Assembly (NCBI GenBank): GCA_964418775.1
Contig: CAYQNA010000004.1
Span: forward strand, 14,230-78,229
From: an uncultured Gammaproteobacteria bacterium
GTDB lineage: Bacteria; Patescibacteriota; Patescibacteriia; Magasanikbacterales; UBA922
Direction: 5' to 3'
Length of the DNA: 64,000 bases
The position numbers and the translations under genes are program-made. The notes below the pieces were generated by a model, which was not told the origin of the DNA, searched no databases, and saw only the letters and a list, made by a program, of their open reading frames with translations. Shown here piece by piece: positions 9,090-16,828 of the stretch (position 1 is its first letter; every line of letters starts with the position of its first letter).

Positions 9090-10034
9090 TTACAGAAGAT
9101 TATCAAAGGTAATCCGATTTACATCGTCAAGCATAGCCCTGTTTGGAAGTCCACGCAAGTAGGCACACGTCATATTTATGTCTGAATGCCCGAGCAATTG
9201 CCTTAACTTGAATATGTCAGTTCCAGAATTCAGGAGGTTAATAGCAAAGGTGTGACGAAACTTATGTGGGTTAAACTTAACACCACTTTCTCTGACGACC
9301 AAAGCAATAAAGTGCTTAAAACCGTGCATAGTAAACCTCTTATCTTCACCACTCACGACCCATAAATAAGGCGTGGTATAACGTCCTTTTCTTCGCTCGA
9401 CCAAGTACTCCTTTAGAGCAACTAAAACCTTTTGATTTAGAGGTATCCAGCGGTCACGTTTTGATTTTGAGCTTTCGGCCCTAACCCTTAATTCCTTTTT
9501 ATCCAAATCAATATCAACCAGGTGGATTCCAATAAGCTCGCCTTTTCGGATTCCACAATTAAGAAGCACAGACAGAATGGCTAAATTTCTTCGCTTAATA
9601 AGGGTATTTTTCCACTTTATGTTAAAGGAGACTGCATTAAATATGCTTTCTATACTCTCTTTTGGGATGAACTCACGCTTAGAGTAAATCACTTCTGGGT
9701 ACGGAATCCCAGAAAAAGGCCCATTACTGATATGTCCCCGCTCCCTAAGCCAGTCAAAAAATTTATTAAGTTTACTGCGATATGTAGCGACCGTTGAATT
9801 TTTAATACCCTTTTTAATCTTCCCCCTACCTACCCTACGTTCTCTTTTTTCTAGAGTACGAAAAAAATCAATCATTTTAGGCGGCGTGAGATCTGCCAAT
9901 TCTAAATCTGGATAAATTTTTAAAAGAAGCGTGAAACAGGCCCGATACCCCCTCAGGGTTTCCTCTCGCAACTTCTCGGCATAACGGCACTCCTCAATAA
10001 ATTCCTCAAAAAGCTGACTAATAGTCTTACTCAT
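9090..10034 (-). CDS. Tyrosine-type site-specific recombinase/integrase
   Basis: C-terminal catalytic motifs HKFRHTFA…LLGHSDINMTCAYL (R-H-R-Y) and an N-terminal SAM-like core-binding domain. Confidence 0.85.
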   Translation of the reverse strand: MSKTISQLFEEFIEECRYAEKLREETLRGYRACFTLLLKIYPDLELADLTPPKMIDFFRTLEKRERRVGRGKIKKGIKNSTVATYRSKLNKFFDWLRERGHISNGPFSGIPYPEVIYSKREFIPKESIESIFNAVSFNIKWKNTLIKRRNLAILSVLLNCGIRKGELIGIHLVDIDLDKKELRVRAESSKSKRDRWIPLNQKVLVALKEYLVERRKGRYTTPYLWVVSGEDKRFTMHGFKHFIALVVRESGVKFNPHKFRHTFAINLLNSGTDIFKLRQLLGHSDINMTCAYLRGLPNRAMLDDVNRITFDNLL

Positions 10035-10157
10035 ACAAAAAAGTTAATAATTACATTTGTATGAATTGAGGATAAAACAAAAAACAAACGTGTGCTAACG
10101 TTTGCTGAGTAAAATATTGGCTTATTTTAGATAAGAAACAGTACCCTGTGAGTAACT

Positions 10158-10946
10158 TTAGGAAACTTTTTCAGATTTCCATCTTAAACAGGCGCTGGAG
10201 TAGCGCTCCAGAGTAATAAACTCACCTATGTCAGAAACACCATTGTGCTGCAAATCGTAATAACACTGACGAATATAGGCCCATACTTTCTCAGGGGATT
10301 TATTTTCAATTTTACGGTTACGCTTTGGCAGTCTGTTTCTGTGTTGTACTAAATAACGATAAATACGGTCACCATCTACTGTGAAATCTGGGTTACGAAC
10401 CTTGATACAGGCTTCCAGAAATAGATAGCGCCGAGTACCATCGGCTTCAATTATGAGCTCGTCACTACCACGTCTATAAATACCTACCCACTCTTTAAGA
10501 TACAGAGCAAGATCGTCTTGAGCAGACTTATTTTTTGCAGTCTCTGTTCTGGTGTCCACACTATCATTTCCTGTGTTTTCATAGCCCAAAAGCAATGTTT
10601 CCAAAACCCGCTTTTTTACTCCAGAAAACAAAACGAGCTTTTCTAGTATTTCGCTAGAATACGGTATTTTTTGGTCTAAAATTAAATTCTTTTTAAGAGT
10701 GTCAGCTCCTGAATTAAAGTAATCTTTCCAGACCTTAGTTTTTGGCCCTAAACCCATACCCTTAAACACGTTTTCAACTTCTGCATCTGTTTTTACAAGC
10801 TTTAAAACAGTGTGGTAGATATCTTCTTGAATTTCAGGCAGATCAAGCGGTAATGCCGCTACATTGGGCATTTTAGACTCCAAAAAATAACTGCAAAAAT
10901 TCAGATCCTCTAGCAACTCTCCCAATCTTTTAGCGGTGTAATTCAT
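10158..10946 (-). CDS. Hypothetical protein (island cargo)
   Basis: 262-aa ORF with coding-like composition and no recognisable motifs. A degenerate att-core-like sequence lies immediately upstream (10948..10968). Confidence 0.5.
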   Translation of the reverse strand: MNYTAKRLGELLEDLNFCSYFLESKMPNVAALPLDLPEIQEDIYHTVLKLVKTDAEVENVFKGMGLGPKTKVWKDYFNSGADTLKKNLILDQKIPYSSEILEKLVLFSGVKKRVLETLLLGYENTGNDSVDTRTETAKNKSAQDDLALYLKEWVGIYRRGSDELIIEADGTRRYLFLEACIKVRNPDFTVDGDRIYRYLVQHRNRLPKRNRKIENKSPEKVWAYIRQCYYDLQHNGVSDIGEFITLERYSSACLRWKSEKVS

Positions 10947-11029
10947 ATGACCTCATCTTACCAAAACCACCCCAAAAATCCAGAGTAACCAAAAAGAAGG
11001 CTTTCGGCCTTCCTCTTGGATCCCGCACC

Positions 11030-11830
11030 TCAGTTTTGAATGGTTCTTAGGATACCATTACCAAAATAAAGATAACTACCCAAACCATAAACCCACTGTT
11101 CCTCCACGCTACCAGAACTAATTGTTTTATTAATATCAGTAGGCCGACCCCAGGCAGCAACCACTTGCTCCTGTGTCATTCCAATCCTGACCTTTTTGTT
11201 AGCTACGGCTCCACAAATATCCCTCTCCCAGCCTGGGTGTTCGGCACACACCTTACCTACTTTCTCTTGCTCGGCATTTTTCTTAGCAATTGTGGCTGCC
11301 TGTTCTTTGCAAAATGGATTTTGCGACTTTTTAATGCACGCGCAAAAGCCATTCCCATCCTCATTCCCCAAAATGCTATAGTTTTCGGTAGAACTAGCTA
11401 GGGATACCTTTTTAAGCACCTCTGAGGTGGTGTATTTAGAGTTAGGGTCAATAACACACACCTGGTCAATAGGTTTTTTAAGTGGTGATGTAACCCAGAT
11501 AACAAAATCACCCTTTTTCCAAAACGTAGAAGTAGCGCCTGACAGGGTACCGTTCCCCATCTTCCTTGAGGTTATCAGCGCATCTAACCCCACGTCTGAC
11601 GTAGGCGCACCCAATATTTCCTCTGCCTTGCTGCGATCAACATCAAATAGAGCTTTAGCGTCAAAAGCAGGTGTTTCTAGTGAGGCCACAAAATTCGCTC
11701 GGTCAGCTTTATTACTTTCATTAATAAATAGGCCTAGTATATTGATTATCCCAAAAAATCCAATCACGCAGGCTACTATAATACCGCAGGTTGAATGCTT
11801 CTTAGTAGGCGTACCAGCTTGCTGCTCCAT
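11030..11830 (-). CDS. Membrane-anchored hypothetical protein with Cys-rich middle region and BLIP/SmpA-like C-terminal motif (GMTQEQVVAAWGRP)
   Basis: N-terminal TM helix (IIVACVIGFFGIINILGLFI) and multiple Cys residues. Confidence 0.5.
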   Translation of the reverse strand: MEQQAGTPTKKHSTCGIIVACVIGFFGIINILGLFINESNKADRANFVASLETPAFDAKALFDVDRSKAEEILGAPTSDVGLDALITSRKMGNGTLSGATSTFWKKGDFVIWVTSPLKKPIDQVCVIDPNSKYTTSEVLKKVSLASSTENYSILGNEDGNGFCACIKKSQNPFCKEQAATIAKKNAEQEKVGKVCAEHPGWERDICGAVANKKVRIGMTQEQVVAAWGRPTDINKTISSGSVEEQWVYGLGSYLYFGNGILRTIQN

Positions 11831-11849
11831 ATAAAAAAGTTAAATATAA

Positions 11850-12040
11850 AATTGAAAAACAAAAAAGGCCCACCGTACTTTGACGGCACCCTTGCGGGGG
11901 CCCAGCACCGTTTCCAGTGCTGACTGCAACAACAATATCAAAGACGGTGAAGCCGTCTCTATGTTGTTGCAGTTTCTCGACCGTGCCTGGGGCTACTCGC
12001 CCCTAGGGTTAGGTCATATAAATTGTGCTTATAGACTACG
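11850..12040 (-). other. Structured non-coding block (multiple hairpins incl. 11-bp stem CTGCAACAACA…TGTTGTTGCAG) flanked by two minus-strand terminators; candidate small RNA or recombination site
   Basis: No ORF. At least four consecutive stem-loops are visible. There is a GC-clamp hairpin plus U-run at its 3' end (minus-strand sense, ~11866..11905). Confidence 0.3.
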
Positions 12041-12066
12041 ACAATGACATCTAAAAGTCAAATTAA

Positions 12067-12090
12067 TAAAAAAACCTTGCGAAATGCAAG
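12067..12090 (-). terminator. Intrinsic terminator (CCTTGC-ATTTC-GCAAGG + U8) downstream of the NTase/2TM gene pair
   Basis: Perfect 6-bp stem with an 8-U tract on the minus strand, 23 nt after the stop of 12113..12769. Confidence 0.5.
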
Positions 12091-12112
12091 GCTGATCTTA
12101 AAACACAAGCGA

Positions 12113-12769
12113 CTAAAAATGACGGTTAATTTCTTTGCTATGAAATTTGCAAATCAATTGACCGTGTGTTTTTCTATCACGACTGTCGTTATAATAATCC
12201 CCCTCCAGCCTCTTACCATTTACATCTTTAAAAAACTTTAGTTTGGCGCTCCCACTATGGGTCCTCATACTCAGATTACTCCTAACAGTGGATGGTTTAT
12301 TATGATAAATATAAAAAATTGACCAGACATCAAATTCATCTTTTCCAAAATTTGCTACGACACTATACGAGCAGGATTGCTGTGTATATAAATTTACTAA
12401 TATATTGGAAAAATTTTGAGTCACCTCCAAAAAACCATCATACTTATTATTACCTGACGGATCAGAAAAACTAGAAATAATTTCACACTTATACCGTCCC
12501 CCAATATATGGGATACGATGAAGCCAGCAAAAAGGCCTGAGACGCCATAACAACTTTTCGTGGGTTTTTAAAATTAAGAACAGCAGCACTGGCACTGTGA
12601 GAGGTTGAATAAGTCCCCACTGGACTAGCTGCTCAACCCAACCAAAATGGACCATACTTAACACAGATTCTGTTAAATCTGCGACATAGTTAAGCGGATA
12701 AATCAAAAACAATATTGCCAGTATGTAGAACTTATAAATTGGATTTTTTGTTTGCATACTAACGTACAC
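12113..12769 (-). CDS. Small membrane protein: two N-terminal TM helices + ~130-aa beta-rich C-terminal domain; candidate Cap15-like (2TM-β-barrel) CBASS effector
   Basis: TM segments IYKFYILAILFLIYPLNYV and LIQPLTVPVLLFLILKT. It overlaps the upstream NTase gene by 11 nt (an operon). Confidence 0.45.
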   Translation of the reverse strand: MYVSMQTKNPIYKFYILAILFLIYPLNYVADLTESVLSMVHFGWVEQLVQWGLIQPLTVPVLLFLILKTHEKLLWRLRPFCWLHRIPYIGGRYKCEIISSFSDPSGNNKYDGFLEVTQNFSNILVNLYTQQSCSYSVVANFGKDEFDVWSIFYIYHNKPSTVRSNLSMRTHSGSAKLKFFKDVNGKRLEGDYYNDSRDRKTHGQLICKFHSKEINRHF

Positions 12770-13637
12770 CTAAAGCTTTTTTCCATTTATCTTCTGCAAA
12801 AGTCACCGAACGCGCCTGATAAGCGTCTATTCCATCCCGAAGTGAAAGAGCTAACCTTGTTTCAAAGTTAGAACGTGCATTCGCGGGCCAATTAGACAAA
12901 ATGTTTTCGTGTCCGCAAACACTTAAAACAGAACCACCCGGCACGTCAAGTTTTTCCAGAATAGAATGGGAAATTCTTAAAAAAGAGCTTGGAGGGTCAC
13001 TCAAAAAAAATCTATTTTCTGCCCCATAAACCAGCGCTTCAATTTTGTGAGAGGAAATAATTTCATTTTTCGGCCCAAAATGATTGATGGCCCAGTTTTT
13101 GAACATACGGACCATTGGTTTATACCTCTCCCCAGTATCCTGATTTTTTTGTACACCGTTCTTATAGTGAATACGCGGGCGACTAACCTTTTCCACTGCA
13201 TCTCTAAAGGAGTAAATACAGATAGGATCAGCTGTGTGGTCAGGAGAAACCATAACAGCAGGAACCACATCAACACTAAAGGCACCACTAATTTTTATAC
13301 ACTTGTCACCACGTTTTACTGTCCAAGAATAACGTTTTTGATCCCCTAAGACAGTTTCAATCTCAGAAAATATCTGTTCCCAATCTATACTCTGCGGGAA
13401 ACTGTAGCCTGAGTGAACTCCGCTAAAGGTGTCAAGCCTAACAGCAACAATATCAACGTCGTTAATATCAGAAATTGCTGTATCATTTTTATACGAACCC
13501 TGAAGGAAGGTATGGTGGGTCGTTCCAAGAAGCTCTTGGATATAATTCTGCAAAATGGCGACACTGCTGATTTTTGCAGGTGTAGGCCCTGCTGTGTAGG
13601 GCTTGACTAAGTGATCGGGTATCTGGTGAGCTGGCAT
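12759..13637 (-). CDS. cGAS/DncV-like nucleotidyltransferase (CD-NTase / SMODS-like), putative cyclic-oligonucleotide synthase
   Basis: Pol-beta NTase signature GSYKNDTAISDINDVDIV (GS…[DE]h[DE]h), followed about 60 aa later by the third acidic motif SVDVVPAV. The protein has about 290 aa with a C-terminal helical region. Confidence 0.55.
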   Translation of the reverse strand: MPAHQIPDHLVKPYTAGPTPAKISSVAILQNYIQELLGTTHHTFLQGSYKNDTAISDINDVDIVAVRLDTFSGVHSGYSFPQSIDWEQIFSEIETVLGDQKRYSWTVKRGDKCIKISGAFSVDVVPAVMVSPDHTADPICIYSFRDAVEKVSRPRIHYKNGVQKNQDTGERYKPMVRMFKNWAINHFGPKNEIISSHKIEALVYGAENRFFLSDPPSSFLRISHSILEKLDVPGGSVLSVCGHENILSNWPANARSNFETRLALSLRDGIDAYQARSVTFAEDKWKKALGVR

Positions 13638-13679
13638 ATTTATTTAAAAATCCTTACCTCATCATACACCTTTTTTAAT

Positions 13680-14600
13680 TTAAATCAATGACTGGGAATT
13701 AAGCGGGTGTTTCCCTATCTGTCCCCTCAAGTGCTCGGCGCTCGCCGCCAGGTAAATAGTGGTTGTCTTAATGTCACTGTGCCCCATCATTTTTGACAAC
13801 GAAAAAATATCGCACCCACCCTCCAGCATTAAAGTAGCGAATGTGTGGCGTAGCTTGTGAATTCCAAACCTAAGGCCAGACGCGTTCATTATATTTCTGG
13901 TCAGAACTTTTAGGCCGTTTTCAGTAAAAGCGCAATCACGATTAAGTGAAGTAAAGAACTCGGGGCATTTTTTATTAAGGCGTTTACGCTCTGCCAGATA
14001 CTTGGTCAGGCTTTCGGCCAAGGTAAACGAAATTGGAATAACACGGTCCTTACCACCCTTGCCCTGGTTTACGAACAGGGACATATTTTGCAGATCAACG
14101 TCCTGGTATTTAAGGCTTAACAACTCTTTGCGGCGTATGCCTGTAAACAAGAACATTGAAAATATGGCGTGGTTGCGGTAACGCTGGTAACGATATTTGT
14201 ACGGGTAATTATAAGCCACCTCCAGCAGTCGCATTGCGTCCTGTTTAGTTAGCTTGGGTGGAAGTTTTTTATTAATCTTAGGTAACTCAATATCGTCCAT
14301 TGGATTTTTGTCCAAAAATTTATTTTCAACACACCAGCGAAAAAATACCACCAATGTTTTGTGGTAAGTCACAAATGAATTTGCCGACCATTTCTTTTCC
14401 GTCCGACCCCAAAAAAAGTAGTTACGCGTATTGTCCTCTGTCACCTCCTCTATCTCCTTAATGCCCGCGTGGGCGGCATACAACTTAATGACCTTCCGAT
14501 ACCTGACCAAGGTGGTCTGGCTAAACCCGCGAAAATACTTTGAATACTCGCAAAACCTTTCCCCCAATAAAAAAATGTCCATAAAAACAAAATATCGCAA
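13680..14600 (-). CDS. Tyrosine-type site-specific recombinase/integrase (adjacent to tRNA-Thr attachment site)
   Basis: HKLRHTFAT…MMGHSDIKTTTIYL catalytic motifs. It is paralogous to the integrase at 9090..10034. The start could be Met7 (14582). Confidence 0.85.
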   Translation of the reverse strand: MRYFVFMDIFLLGERFCEYSKYFRGFSQTTLVRYRKVIKLYAAHAGIKEIEEVTEDNTRNYFFWGRTEKKWSANSFVTYHKTLVVFFRWCVENKFLDKNPMDDIELPKINKKLPPKLTKQDAMRLLEVAYNYPYKYRYQRYRNHAIFSMFLFTGIRRKELLSLKYQDVDLQNMSLFVNQGKGGKDRVIPISFTLAESLTKYLAERKRLNKKCPEFFTSLNRDCAFTENGLKVLTRNIMNASGLRFGIHKLRHTFATLMLEGGCDIFSLSKMMGHSDIKTTTIYLAASAEHLRGQIGKHPLNSQSLI

Positions 14601-14622
14601 ATCGCTGCGATATTTCTAGTAG

Positions 14623-14893
14623 AGCCACAGACCAGGATTGAACTGGTGACCTCGTCCTTCGTGTATACCTCTATTTCGTCCCCAGAGGGCTTTATAAGAG
14701 GGCTAGACTGTATCTTAGGCTTCCTTACGGGTCAGCCTCCCTTGTCAGTCGTTCGGGCGTAAAATACGCCACGGTCTTGGCCATTGCTGGCTATTAACCG
14801 TTATTCGGGCTTCACTGTTAGATTTCTCAGACAGTGGGCACATCTGTGTGCAGATATACCATGGACGCGCTCTACCAACTGAGCTACTGCGGC
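14623..14893 (-). tRNA. tRNA-Thr(GGU) interrupted by a 198-nt group I intron between anticodon-loop positions 36 and 37
   Basis: Exon 1 is GCCGCAGTAGCTCAGTTGGTAGAGCGCGTCCATGGT (14893..14858). Exon 2 is AAGGACGAGGTCACCAGTTCAATCCTGGTCTGTGGCT (14659..14623). Joined, they give a canonical 73-nt cloverleaf with anticodon GGT. Confidence 0.7.
14660..14857 (-). ncRNA. Group I self-splicing intron (small, Azoarcus/cyanobacterial tRNA-intron-like)
   Basis: The 5' exon ends in U and pairs as a U•G wobble in a 10-bp P1 (GGUAUAUCUG / CAGAUGUGCC). J8/7-P7 reads AAGATACAGTC (consensus AAGATATAGTC) with a compensatory GACTG/CAGTC P7. P2, P8 and P9 hairpins are present. The intron ends with G. Confidence 0.6.
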
Positions 14894-15006
14894 ATTGAAT
14901 TGTACGGACTTTTTAACCTGTCGCCCGCGGCCATATTTAGTTGGGAACAGGCCATATGTCTTGGGGCATTTCGCTAAAATTAGCCACGAAATACCACTTT
15001 ACATAC

Positions 15007-15054
15007 GACCTATTCCTTACCATGGACGCGCTCTACCAACTGAGCTACTGCGGC
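15007..15054 (-). pseudogene. Truncated tRNA-Thr(GGU) 5' fragment (positions 1-48, two mismatches in anticodon stem, no T-arm/acceptor 3' strand)
   Basis: GCCGCAGTAGCTCAGTTGGTAGAGCGCGTCCATGGTAAGGAATAGGTC, then unrelated sequence. It lies 124 nt upstream of the intact tRNA-Thr. Confidence 0.5.
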
Positions 15055-15152
15055 GAAATCCTGAGTGTCGTGCCGAGCTTGCTCGAGCATGACCGAAGGA
15101 TGAGCCGCAGCACGAAGTGCAGCGGCGACAAGGGCCTGGACCCTTTCTGTCG

Positions 15153-15226
15153 TGCGCGCCGAGGGATTCGAACCCCCGACCCTCTCGGTGTAAACGAGAT
15201 GCTCTAACCAACTGAGCTAGGCGCGC
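15153..15226 (-). tRNA. tRNA-Val(TAC)
   Basis: GCGCGCCTAGCTCAGTTGGTTAGAGCATCTCGTTTACACCGAGAGGGTCGGGGGTTCGAATCCCTCGGCGCGCA. The anticodon loop is TTTACAC. Confidence 0.85.
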
Positions 15227-15315
15227 TTAAAGTGTCAGTATTATAGGAAATCCCCAGAAATAAGTCAACCCCCTATTTTAAACCCCAAATTCTGGTATAC
15301 TATGGCCACACCCCT

Positions 15316-16809
15316 ATGGAATACCGGCAACATCGTGAACGGATTAGTGAATTTACCGACTCAGAATACCTGGGGAAAACTACCCAGGACATCTTGAAGC
15401 ACGCGTACTACGGGGCCGCATCTTTAGCAACTCTAGAGGAAAGTCAAAATAATCCAGGCGAAACCGAACGCTATGCTCGTACTTGGATTAGGATCGACAT
15501 TATGGCTTTATTTAATTATGGCTCAGGCAAAACAGGTTTAACGCTATGCACAGAAACCTGGTCCCAACCCGCCATCCAGGCAGGCTGGGAACAATTATTC
15601 AATGATGAGAAAATTCTCTATTCACCTCCCCTCACCCCCGAATTTGTCTGGGAAAATGTCACTCATAATTCTGAACTCCTGCAGCACTTCCCTGGTGATT
15701 TTGCGGAACAACTGCTTAGGGCCCACGTTGATCACATGAATAAACTGCAGGGGGAGTTTGAGGTCAATGAACTACCCACAATAATGACCGAGGTGGACGA
15801 AAAAATAATTCGCGCGATTAATAATCAGATTCTACCCATCACGATTGATCAATGGCAACACATTAAAGATAACACCAAGATCATTGTAATGGATACAATT
15901 AAAGGCGAAGAGATTGGGGGTAATGCCAATGGACCGGTAATCTCAATTACTTCGCAAGCATCTTTAGCCGAAAAGACTCATATTGCAATTCACGAATTTA
16001 TCCACCGTCTGAATGGCAGTATCATCAAAAAGACCACGACCACTGGCACCCCCAAATACGGTGACCCAGAAACAGACATTGATTATAACAATGTTCGCAG
16101 CGGATTATTGTTTACGACCCCATTCTATCGAACACCCAAACGGCAATGGATTAATGAGGCTGTTACCGAAGATACGGCTTTAGCAGTCGACAACCAAGAA
16201 TACAGTGAGTACTACGAGGCTGAGCGCCAGTTACTTGAGCTTCTCGTACAATCACTTGGGCCTTCTAGCCGAGAATTGTTGCGCACAGTTTATTTTGAGG
16301 ACCCGGGAGTTGAAGCAGAGAAAAACCTCACAGAGTATCGCGCTTTAACCCGTTTGGTTTTGGAAAAACTAGGCCCCGGTTTTTTAAATAATTTGGAAAA
16401 ATTTATTCATGGCCAACGGGGCAATGATGGGACCACCGTGGATCCAAGTACAGCCGCAGAAATTGCCGCCAAAAAATGGCAAAAGTTGGGTCTACATTTT
16501 CCTGAGTATTTGACAGAGTGGTGCAGACAACAGGGGGAAATCACCCAACTAGCCCTAGGCCTGATTGAAAGCGTTAAAACAGAGAACCCCGAGGCGCTTA
16601 GTAAGCTCGATAAATATTCCTCCCCACATGCATACGAAGAGGTATGGAAGACATATTTTAAGGCAAAAATCCCAAAACCCTCACAGTACCTTACTGCCAC
16701 CCTACATGATTTAGTTATCAAAAAGCTAACTTACACAACAACCCGTGCAGCTTACCGTACGAAATTTGGTATTGAGCCCAAAGATCCGCTCACTGACTAT
16801 ATTGGGTAA
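15316..16809 (+). CDS. Hypothetical protein with HExxH zinc-metallopeptidase motif (IAIHEFIHRL)
   Basis: 497 aa with a single HEFIH motif in a hydrophobic helix context. No signal peptide or TM helix is seen. Confidence 0.5.
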   Translation: MEYRQHRERISEFTDSEYLGKTTQDILKHAYYGAASLATLEESQNNPGETERYARTWIRIDIMALFNYGSGKTGLTLCTETWSQPAIQAGWEQLFNDEKILYSPPLTPEFVWENVTHNSELLQHFPGDFAEQLLRAHVDHMNKLQGEFEVNELPTIMTEVDEKIIRAINNQILPITIDQWQHIKDNTKIIVMDTIKGEEIGGNANGPVISITSQASLAEKTHIAIHEFIHRLNGSIIKKTTTTGTPKYGDPETDIDYNNVRSGLLFTTPFYRTPKRQWINEAVTEDTALAVDNQEYSEYYEAERQLLELLVQSLGPSSRELLRTVYFEDPGVEAEKNLTEYRALTRLVLEKLGPGFLNNLEKFIHGQRGNDGTTVDPSTAAEIAAKKWQKLGLHFPEYLTEWCRQQGEITQLALGLIESVKTENPEALSKLDKYSSPHAYEEVWKTYFKAKIPKPSQYLTATLHDLVIKKLTYTTTRAAYRTKFGIEPKDPLTDYIG

Positions 16810-16828
16810 ACAAGATGATCTAACTAAC

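Larger units (their letters stand above)
8050..14893. mobile_element. Integrated genomic island (~6.5 kb cargo) at tRNA-Thr(GGU): tRNA(attL)-int-NTase/2TM pair-…-int-protease-attR; possibly two tandem elements
   Basis: An intact intron-containing tRNA sits at one end and a 45-bp direct repeat of its 3' part at the other. Two tyrosine integrases and terminators lie at the boundaries. A degenerate core-like sequence sits mid-island. Confidence 0.55.

Noticed and set aside
10948-10968. Degenerate tRNA-core-like sequence as a definite internal att site
   Set aside because: There is only 14/16 identity with one gap, which could be chance. It is kept as a tentative remark within the island finding rather than annotated as a feature.
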